Shown here in pieces: positions 53,761 to 64,000 of a DNA stretch of 64,000 nt. A program made the position numbers and the translations under genes. This stretch comes from Antedon mediterranea (Eukaryota > Animalia > Echinodermata), in NCBI RefSeq assembly GCF_964355755.1, contig NC_092679.1, forward strand, positions 9,965,432 to 10,029,431. Direction: 5' to 3'. Every line of letters starts with the position of its first letter. Positions within the stretch are counted from its first letter, which is position 1. The notes beneath the pieces were generated by a model. The model made no database searches. It was not told the DNA's origin and saw only the letters and a program-made list of their open reading frames with translations.

Positions 53761-55575
53761 GAGAGATAGATCAGTGAGAGAGAGATAGATCAGTGAGAGA
53801 GAGATAGATCAGCGAGAGACAGATAGATCAGCGAGAGAGAGATAGATCAGCGAGAGAGATAGATCAGCGAGAGAGAGATAGATCAGCGAGAGAGAGATAG
53901 AGCAGCGAGAGAAACAGATAGATCAGCGAGAGAGAGATAGATCAGCGAGAGAGAGATAGATCAGCGAGAGAGAGATAGATCAGCGAGAGAGAGATAGATC
54001 AGCGAGAGAGAGAGAGAGAGAGAGATAGATCAGCGAGAGAGAGATAGATCAGCGAGAGAGAGATAGATAAGCGAGAGAGAGAGAGATAGATCAGCGAGAG
54101 AGAGAGATAGATCAGCGTGAGAGAGATATATCAGCGAGAGAGAGATAGATCAGCGAGAGAGAGATAGATCAGCGAGAGAGAGATAGATCAGCGAGAGAGA
54201 GAGATAGATCAGCGAGAGAGACAGATAGATCAGCGAGAGAGAGATAGATCAGCGAGAGAGAGATAGATCAGCAAGAGAGAGATAGATCAGCGAGAGAGAG
54301 ATAGATCAGCGAGAGAGAGAGATAGATCAGCGAGAGAGAGATAGATCAGCGAGAGAGAGATAGATCAGCGACAGAGAGATAGATCAGCGAGAGAGAGAGA
54401 GATAGATCAGCGAGAGAGAGATATATCAGCGAGAGAGAGATAGATAGATCAGCGAGAGAGAGATAGATAAGCGAGAGAGACAGATAGATCAGCGAGAGAG
54501 AGATAGATCAGCGAGAGAGAGATAGATCAGCGAGAGAGAGATAGATCAGCGAGAGAGAGAGAGAGATAGATCAGCGAGAGAGAGATAGATCAGCGAGAGA
54601 GAGATAGATCAGCGAGAGAGAGAGATAGATCAGCGAGAGAGAGATAGATAAGCGAGAGTGAGATAGATCAGTGAGAGAGAGAGAGATAGATCAGCGAGAG
54701 ATAGATAGATCGGCGAGAGAGAGAGATAGATCAGCGAGAGAGAGAGATAGATCAGCGAGAGAGAGATAGATCAGCGAGAGAGATAGATCAGCGAGAGATA
54801 GATAGATCAGCGAGAGAGAGATAGATCAGCGAGAGAGAGATAGATCAGCGAGAGATATATAGATCAGCGAGAGAGAGATAGATAGATCAGCGAGAGAGAG
54901 ATAGATAGATCAGCGAAAGAGAGAGATAGATAGATCAGCGTGAGAGAGATAGATAGATCAGCGAGAGACAGATAGATAGATCAGCGAGAGACAGATAGAT
55001 AGATCAGCGAGAGAGAGAGAGAGAGATAGATCAGCGAGAGAGAGAGATAGATCAGCGAGAGAGAGATAGATCAGCGAGAGATAGATAGATCAGCGAGAGA
55101 GAGATAGATCAGCGAGAGAGATAGATCAGCGAGAGAGAGATAGATCAGCGAGAGAGAGTTAGATCAGCGAGAGAGAGATAGATCAGCGAGAGAGAGTTAG
55201 ATCAGCGAGAGAGAGATAGATCAGCGAGATAGAGAGATAGATAGATCAGCGAGAGAGAGATAGATAGATCAGCGAGAGAGAGATAGATAAATCAGCGAGA
55301 GAGAGATAGATCAGCGAGAGAGAGATAGATCAGCGAGAGAGAGATAGATCAGCGAGAGAGATATAGATCAGCGAGAGATAGATAGATCAGCGAGAGAGAT
55401 AGATCAGCGAGAGAGAGAGATTGATCAGCGAGAGAGAGATAGATCAGCGAGAGAGAGATAGATCAACGAGAGTTAAATAGATCAGCGAGAGAGAGAGATA
55501 GATAGATCAGCGAGAGAGAGATAGATAGATCAGCGAGAGAGAGATAGATAGATCAGCGAGAGAGAGATAGATAGA

Positions 55576-55614
<39 letters not shown>

Positions 55615-55763
55615 TCAGCGAGAGAGAGATAGATCAGCGAGAGAGAGAGATAGATCAGCGAGAGAGAGGTAGATCAGCGAGAGAGAGATAGATCAGCGAG
55701 AGAGAGATAGATCAGTGAAAGAGAGATAGATCAGCGAGAGAGAGATAGATCAGCGAGAGAGAG
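53761..55763 (+). repeat. 19-bp GA-rich satellite, 2-kb block
   Basis: Same unit as 1-39739; ends at the same gagagagag|tacatttt junction. Confidence 0.97.
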
Positions 55764-57540
55764 TACATTTTTGCCATTTTTCGAAAAAAATCTTATGGTC
55801 CCCAGCAGGAAAATTTATCGAAAAATGGCCAAATTTCGACCCTTTTACTTTTTGACATAACTAGTTACTATGGCTCTATAAGATGATGTTAACACAATAT
55901 ATGTCCATAAATGGCAAAATTATAGCATAATTGTTTATTTTTAAAAAGTGTAAAATTTTTGCCATTTTCGACCCTTTTATATTTTGACATAAGTAGTTGC
56001 TATGGCTCTATAAGATGATATCAGCACAATATATGTGCATAAATGGCAATATTATAGCATAATTTTTGAATTTTAAAAAGTGGAAATTTTAGTCATTTTT
56101 CGAAGAAATTCCTATGGTTCCCCCCAGGGAAATTTTCGCAAAAATGGCCAAATTTTAACCCTTTTATTTTTTGACATAACTAGTTACTATGGCTCTATAA
56201 GATGATGTTAGCACAATATATTTGCATAAATGCCAATATTATAGCATAATTATTGAATTTTAAAAAGTTGAAATTTTGGCCATTTTTCGAAAAAATTCCT
56301 ATGGTCCCCAGCATGGAAATTTTCGAAAAATGGCCAAATTTTGTACATTTTATTTTTTGACATAACTAGTTACTATAGCTCTATAAGATGATGTTAGCAC
56401 AATATAATTATTTGCATAAATGGCAATATTATAGCATAATTTTTGAATTTTTAACAATGAAAATTTTGACCATTTTTCGAAAAAAAATCCTATGGTTCTT
56501 CCCTGCAGGGAAATTTTCGCAAAAATGGCAAAATTTCGACCCTTTTATTTCTTGACATAACTAGTTACTATGGCTCTATAAGATGATGTTAAAACAATAT
56601 ATGCGCATAAATGGCAATATTATAGCCTAATTATAGAATTTTGAAAATTGGAAATTTTTGCCATTTTTCGAAAAAATTCCTATGGTCCTCCGCAGGGAAA
56701 TTTTCGCAAAAATGGCCAAACATCAAACCTTTTATTAGTCGCGTGGACGCGACTCTACAGTTCACTATGTCGGTCGGTCTGACTGTCGGTCCGGTATCAC
56801 TTTGCGTTTTATCGCTTTTCTGTACTTTTGAACTGTTTTGATGTACAGAAAAGTTTTAAAGTACATTACTTTTTGAAAGTTCATTTATTTCTGAGAGCAC
56901 GCAACTTATTGTTGTTGGCCTTGTTTTTTTACATAACGACTTACTATGGCTGTATAAGATGATGTTAAAACAATATATGTGCATAAATGGCAATATTATA
57001 GCCTAATTATAGAATTAAAAAAGGTGCACATTTTGGTCGTTTTCGAAAAAAATCGTGTGGTCCCCCGCAGGGAAATTGTCGCAAAAATGGCAATATTATA
57101 GCATAATTATTGAATTTTAAAAAGTGGGAATTTTGGCCATTTTTCGACCCTTTTATTTTTTTGACATAACTAGCTGCTATGTCTCTATACGATGATGTTA
57201 ACACAATATATTTGCATAAATGCCAATATTATAGCATAATTATTGAATTTGAAAAAGTGGAAATTTTGGCGATTTTTTGAAAAAATGCCTATGGTCCCCA
57301 GCAGGGAAATTTTCGAAAAATGGCCAAATTTTGTACCTTTTATTTTTTGACATAACTAGTTACTATGGCTCTATAAGATGATGTTAGCACAATATATTTG
57401 GAAAAATGGCGATATTATAGCATAATTATTGAATTTTCGAATTTTAAAAAGTGTAAATTGTCGCCATTTTTCGAAAAAAAAACTTATGGTCCCCCTCGGG
57501 GAAATTTTCGAAAAATGGCCAAATTTAGACCCTTTTATTT
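55764..57540 (+). repeat. ~186-bp satellite block, duplicate of 39740-41657
   Basis: Same monomer order and both junctions; 141 bp shorter, accounted for by one 133-bp unit plus 8 bp of HINE microsatellite. Confidence 0.93.
56735..56925 (+). mobile_element. HINE family 1, duplicate of 40844-41042
   Basis: Same termini and same insertion site; shorter GTCG/GTCT tract. Confidence 0.75.
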
Positions 57541-58068
57541 TAATAGTCTATTTATATGAAATGAATGATCAATCAATGAAAAATAATGCCATGCAACTTT
57601 GTTTCTGATTTTAAAAAAGGTCCACTTGTTTAGGCCTGACATTTACAACCCTCAAAATATCTCACTTTCAAAAACAATATTTATTTTCCATTAAAAAAAA
57701 AAGAAAAAAATATTCGTAGAGGTTCGAAGCCACTACTGCGAGAACTCAAACCTGAGCACTACCGGTCACGCCACAAACCAGTAGATAACAGAAGAGCTGA
57801 TAACAGTCTATTTGTATGAAATGAATGATCAATCAATGAAAAATAATGCCATGCAACTTTTTTTCTGATTGAAAAAAATGTCCACTTGTTTAGGCCTGAC
57901 ATTTACAACCCTCAAAATATCTCACTTTCAAAAACAATATTTATTTTCAAATAAAAAAAAAATATCCTTACAGGTTCGAACCCACTACTGGGAGCACTCA
58001 AAACTGAGCATTACCCGTTATGCCATAATGTAGTACACGACAGAACAGTTTATAATAGTCTATTTATA
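57541..58068 (-). repeat. ~260-bp tRNA-derived satellite, 2 units, the last one diverged
   Basis: ggttcgaa...ctgagca...gcca units at ~57712-57779 and ~57962-58026. Confidence 0.88.
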
Positions 58069-58130
58069 AGTGTATTACGTAATTCATCATTACGTCATAA
58101 ATATCATATTAACCTTTTTAAAACCAAAAT

Positions 58131-58378
58131 GGCCAGTTAGCTCAGACGACTGAGCGTCGTGTTGACAACACGTATGTCGTGGTTTCGATTCTCACGCTGG
58201 TCGGTGGAATAGAGTTAAAGGTATGCGACCAACTGTGTTTGTGGTTCACAGAATTTACGTCCTCCTTTCCACCACACATCTTGAGAAGGCACTAGAAATG
58301 CATCTGGTGATGATGTGGTGGAAACGACCCCAAGGCCGTGGCAGGGCCTTAGTGCTGAGGCAGGGAGAGCACATTTTT
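58131..58378 (+). ncRNA. tRNA-headed (Ile-like body) structured element: SINE or Pol III-type RNA
   Basis: 58131-58203 folds as a cloverleaf: GGCCAGT/GCTGGTC acceptor, GCTC/GAGC D stem, CGTG-TTGACAA-CACG, GTGGT-TTCGATT-CTCAC. Several hairpins follow, and the first T5 run is at 58374. Confidence 0.6.
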
Positions 58379-59557
58379 AAATTTTTTTGGGGGCTTTCGC
58401 TACATCTATTTGATCTCGTAAATTTTATGTTTAGCGCCCTCAATTTAATGTAAAAAGAAATTAATTTATATTCGTTACGTGTTTAGAAGAGAATGTATGT
58501 CTCACCGTTGTTTGGTATGCCGTTTGTTATTATGGAAATGAGTTTTTGCAGGTGTAGTGGGAAAGATGGTATTGTTAGTAATTCGCGGTCAACACGCCAC
58601 ACTGTTGGATTTTGATTTCGTTAATCAATGTTGCTACATTGGTAGCGAAATGTCCGATTCGTGCAAGATATTGTATTTTAATATGTTATGAATAAACATT
58701 TATGGATGGTAGTTGGTGTGTATGGCCGCACCGTCCCAGAATAAACCTGTTTTAAACAGATAATTTGTCTCCGATGATTTTTGTATGGAGTTAATGGAGA
58801 GTGAAATAGATCAAATATAGAACATTTGCAAAGATGCCGATTTCCAGACTGATTTCGAAACTTAGACTAATGCCGCCGCCGGTCTTGGCCTTAGGCATAT
58901 ACGAAGTCGAGTTTTTAAAGTAGAAAACTCTACCTAAACTTTTGAATTCGCATCTGGATAGTTGAATTTTTAACAAAATATCATAAATATCATAGGTGAT
59001 TAGCCTATGTATGGTAATAAGTATAAGTATAAGTGCAATTCTGGGCTCTATTTTCATTATTAGCTCTGCCCCAAACATGGTGGGCTAGTAGGCCTACTGG
59101 AGACCTAATATTTAATTTCATATTTCAATGAATAGGTGCACTTTCCGGGGACAAGCTCTATTGTCCTTGTTAGTCTTATATATTTTGCTTCATATAATTT
59201 CAAATCATGTAAAGTACCATTTTCAGGCGGGAGTCTGTGCAACTATATTTTTTTATTTTAAACAGTTTGGTATGCCGTCGTGGTTGTTATGCAAATGAGC
59301 TTGTGCACGTGTATTATGGGGAAGATAATATGGTAATCATTCGCGGTCAACACGCCACACTGTTAAATTTTGATGCTGTTAATATTTACATTAGAATATG
59401 GTTCAAATCATGTAAATAAAACATTTTCCAGGCGGGAACCCAGCAGCTCTCGAAAAGAACTCCAGGTGGAAAAGAAGTTCACCCATGAGCACTGAATATG
59501 AAGGAGCACATTGGCTTCTTTTGAAGGCTTTATGGCAGTCTTTTTACATGTATTTGA

Positions 59558-61787
59558 TTTCAAAAACAATATTTATTTTCAATTTAAAAAAAAAAAGAAA
59601 AAAATATTCCTAGAGGTTCGAACCCACTACTGAGAGAACTCAAACCTGAGCATTACCGGTGACGCCACAAACCAGTAGATGAGTGAAGAGCTGATAATAG
59701 TTTATTTATATGAAATGAATGATCCATCAATGTAAAATGATGTTATGCAACTTTGTTTCTGATTTAAAAAAAGGTCCACTTGGTTAGGCTTGACATTTAA
59801 AACCATAAAAATATCTCACTTTCAAAAACAATATTTATTTTCAAATAAAAAAAAAAGAAAAAAAATATCCCTAGAAGTTCGAACCCACTATTAAAATCAC
59901 TCAAACCTGAGCATTACCCGTTACGCCGCAAACCAGTATATGACTGAAGAGCTGATAAAAGTCTATTTATATGAAATGGATGATCAATCAATGAAAAATA
60001 ATGCCATGCAACTTTGTTTCTGATTTTAAAAAAGGTTCACTTGTTTAGGCCTGACAGTTGAAACCCTCAAAATATCTCACTTTCAAAAACAATATTTATT
60101 TCCAATTAAAAAAAAAAGAAAAAAATACCCGTATAGGTTCGAACCCACTACTGAGAGCACTCAAGCCTAAACATTACCCGTTACGCCCCAAACCAGTAGA
60201 TGACTGAGGAGCTGATAATAGTCTATATATATGAAATGAATGATCAATGAATGAAAAATAATGCCATGCAACTTTGTTTCTGATTTTAAAAAATGTCCAC
60301 TTGTTTAGGCCTGACATTTACAATCCTCAAAATATCTCACTTTTAAAAAACCATATTTATTTTCTATTTAAAAAAAAAAGATAGAAAAATATCCCTAGAG
60401 GTTCGACCCACTACTCAGAGAACTCAAACCTGAGCATTACCCGTTACGCCACAAACCAGTAGATGACTGAGGAGCTGATAATAGTCTATTTATATGAAAT
60501 GAATGATCAATCAATGAAAAATAATGCCAAGCAACTTTGTTTCTGATTTTAAAAAAGGTTCACTTGTTTAGGCCTGACATTCACAACCCTAAAAAATATC
60601 TCATTTTCACAAAAAATATTTATTTTCAATAAGAAAAAAAAAGCAATATCCCTAGAGGCTCGACCCACTACTCAGAGCACTCAACCCTGGGTATTACCTG
60701 TTACGCCACAAACCAGTAGATAACTGAACAGCTGATAATAGTCTATTTATATGAATTTAATGATCAATCAATGAAAAATAATGCCATGCCACTTTGTTTC
60801 TGATTTAAAAAAAAGGTTCATTTGTTTAGGCCTGACATTTACAACCCTCAAAATATCTCAATTTCAAAAAAAATATTTATTTTCAATTTAAAAAAAAAAG
60901 AAATGAAATATCCCTAGAGGTCCGAACCCACTACTGCGAGCACTCAAACTTGAGCATTACCCGTTACGCCTCAAACCATTAGATGACTGAAGAGCTGATA
61001 ATACTCTATTTATATGAAATGAATAATAAATCAATGAAAAATAATGCCATGCAACTTTGTTTCTGATTTTAAAAAAGGTTCACTTGTTTAGGCCTGACAT
61101 TTACAACCCTCAAAATATCTCACTTTCAAAAACAATATTTATTTTAAATAAAAAAAAAATAAAAAAACAAAATATCAGTAGAGGTTCGAACCCACTAGTG
61201 AGAGCACTCAAACTTGAGCATTACCCGTTACGCCACAAACCAGTAGATGACTGAAGAGCTGATAATACTCTATTTATATGAAATAAATAATAAATCAATG
61301 AAAAATAATGCCATGCAACTTTGTTTCTGATTTTAAAAAAGGTCCACTTGTTTAGGCCTGACATTTACAACCCTCAAAATATCTCACTTTCAAAAACAAT
61401 ATTTATTTTCAATTTAAAAATATCTCACTTTCAAAAACAATATTTATTTTCAGTTAAAAAAAAAGAAAGAAAAATAATATTCGTAGAGATTCGAACCCAC
61501 TACTGCGAGAACTCAAACCTGAGCACTACCGGTTACGCCACAAACCGGTAGATGAGTGAAGAGCTGATAATAGTCTATTTATATGAAATGAATGATCCAT
61601 CAATGTAAAATAATGTTATGCAACTTTGTTTCTGATTTTAAAAAAGGTCCACTTGGTTAGGCTTGACATTTAAAACCATAAAAATATCTCACTTTCAAAA
61701 ACAATATTTATTTTCAAATAAAAAAAAAAAGAAAAAAAATATTCCTAGAGGTTCGAACCCCATACTGAGATAACTCAAACCTGAGCA
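59558..61787 (-). repeat. ~260-bp tRNA-derived satellite, about 9 units, no insertions, last unit truncated
   Basis: Same monomer; variant order parallels 42960-47494; cut at ctgagca|tatctctc by the CT satellite. Confidence 0.92.
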
Positions 61788-64000
61788 TATCTCTCTCTCT
61801 CTCGCTGATCTATCTCTCTCTCGCTGATCTATCTATCTCTCTCGCTGATCTATCTCTTTCTCGCTGATCTATCTCTCTCTCTCTATCGCTGATCTATCTC
61901 TCTCTCGCTGATCTATCTATCTCTCGCTGACCTATCTCTCTCTCGCTGATCAATATCTCTCTCGCTGATCTATATCTCTCTCGCTGATCTATCTCTCTGT
62001 CGCTGATCTATCTCTCTCTCGCTGATCTTTCTCTATCTCGCTGATCTATCTCTCTCTCTCTCTCTCTCGCTGATCTATCTCTCTCTCGCTGATCTATCTC
62101 TCTCTCGCTGATCTATCTCTCTCTCGCTGATCTATCTCTCTCTCGCTGATCTATCTCTCTCTCGCTGATCTATCTCTCTCTCGCAGATCTTTCTCTATCT
62201 CGCTGATCTATCTCTCTCTCTCTCGCTGATCCATCTCTCTCTCTCGCTGATCCATCTCTCTCTCTCGCTGATCTATCTCTCTCTCGCTGATCTATCTCTC
62301 TCTCGCTGATCTATCTCTCTCGCTGATCTATCTCTCTCGCTGATCTATCTCTCTCTCGCTGATCTATCTCTCTCTCGCTGATCTATCTCTCCCTCTCGCT
62401 GATCTATCTCTCTCTCGCTGATCTATCTCTCTCTCGCTGATCTATCTCTCTCTCTCGCTTATCTATCTCTCTCTCTCGCTTATCTATCTCTCTCTCTCTC
62501 TCTCTCGCTGATCTATCTCTCTCTCGCTGATCTATCTCTCTCTCGCTCATCTATCTCTCTCTCGCTGATCTATCTATCTCTCTCTCGCTGATCTATCTAT
62601 CTCTCTCTCGCTGATCTATCTATCTCTCTCTCGCTGATCTATCTATCTCTCTCTCTCGCTGATCTATCTCTCTCTCGCTGATCTATCTCTCTCTCGCTCA
62701 TCTATCTATCTCTCTCTCGCTAATCTATCTCTCTCGCTGATCTATCTCTCTCTCGCTGATCTATCTATCTCTCTTTTGCTGATCTATCTCTCTCACGCTG
62801 ATCTATCTATCTCTCTCTCACTGATCTATCTATCTCTCTCTCGCTGATCTATCTATCTCTCTCTCGCTGATCTATCTCTCTCTCGCTGATCTATCTCTCT
62901 CTCTCGCTGACCTCTCTCTCTCTCGCTGATCTATCTCTCTCTCGCTGATCTATCTCTCTGTCGCTGATCTTTCTCTCTCTCGCTGATCTTTCTCTCTCTC
63001 GCTGATCTATCTCTCTCTCTCTCGCTGATCTATCTCTCTCTGTCGCTGATCTATCTCTCTCTCTCGCTGATCTATCTCTCTCTCGCTGATCTATCTCTCT
63101 CTCGCTGATCTATATCTCTCTCGCTGAACTATCTCTCCCTCTCGCTGATCTATCTCTCTCTCGCTGATCTATCTCTTTCTCGCTGATCTATCTCTCTCTC
63201 TCGCTGATCTATCTCTCTCTCTCTCTCGCTGATCTATCTCTCTCTCGCTGATGTATCTATCTCTCTCGCTGATCTATCTCTTTCTCGCTGATCTATCTCT
63301 CTCTCTCTCGCTGATCTATCTCTCTCTCGCTGATCTATCTCTCTCTCGCTAATCTATCTCGCTCTCGCTGATCTATCTCTCTCCTCAGAGCGATCTATCT
63401 CTCTCTTGCTGATCTATTTCTCTCTCTCTCTCGCTGATCTATCTATCTCTCGCTGATCTATCTCTCTCTCGCTGATTTATATCTCTCTCGCTGATCTATA
63501 TCTCTCTCGCTGATCTATCTATCTCTCTCTCGCTGATCTATCTCTCTCTCGCTGATCTAACTCTCTCTCGCTGATCTATCTCTCTCTCGCTGATCTATCT
63601 CTCTCTAGCTGATCTCTCTCTCTCCTCTCTCTCTCGCTGATCTATCTCTCTCTCGCTGATCTATCTCTCTCTCGCTGATCTCTCTCTCTCTCGCTGATCT
63701 ATCTCTCTCGCTGATCTATCTCTCTCTTGCTAATCTATCACTCTCTCGCTGATCTATCTCTCTCTCGCTGATCTATCTCTCTCTCTCTGATCTATCTCTC
63801 TCTCTCTCGCTGATCTATCTCTCTCTCGCTAATCTATCTCTCTCTCGCTGATCTATCTCTCTCTCACTGATCTATCTCTCTCTCGCTGATCTTTCTCTCT
63901 CTCGCTGATCTATCTCTCTCTCGCTGATCTATCTCTCTCTCGCTGATCTATATCTCTCTCGCTGATCTGTCTCTCTCTCTCGCTGATCTATCTCTCTCTC
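61788..64000 (-). repeat. 19-bp GA-rich satellite in reverse orientation (CTCTCTCTCGCTGATCTAT)
   Basis: Exact reverse complement of the unit at 1-39739; runs to the window end. Confidence 0.98.

Noticed and set aside
58223-59419. ORFs 58223-58453, 58255-58443, 58791-59078, 59237-59419 as genes
   Set aside because: Short, no recognisable domains or splice support; two of them overlap the tRNA-headed element.

Overview
Eukaryotic (animal-like, AT-rich) heterochromatic window. About 44 kb is a purine-rich 19-bp satellite (ATAGATCAGCGAGAGAGAG): + orientation at 1-39739 and 53761-55763, reversed at 61788-64000. The rest is a ~22 kb island of nested repeats. (i) A ~186/133-bp hairpin-containing satellite, with an apparent foldback progenitor at 52475-52936. 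(ii) A ~260-bp satellite whose monomer carries a tRNA-like A/B-box unit followed by oligo-T (about 21 copies). (iii) Two families of non-autonomous Helentron-type elements (HINE-like). One family occurs both empty and loaded with a pair of tRNA-Val(AAC)-derived genes, next to an unloaded copy of that pair. (iv) A ~4.9-kb TIR DNA transposon with an apparently intact five-exon, 678-aa Sola1-like DDD transposase. (v) A tRNA-headed, hairpin-rich ~250-nt SINE or Pol III-like unit. A later copy of the 260-bp array (59558-61787) preserves the empty pre-insertion sites. All calls come from reading the sequence by eye; no searches or folding programs were run.
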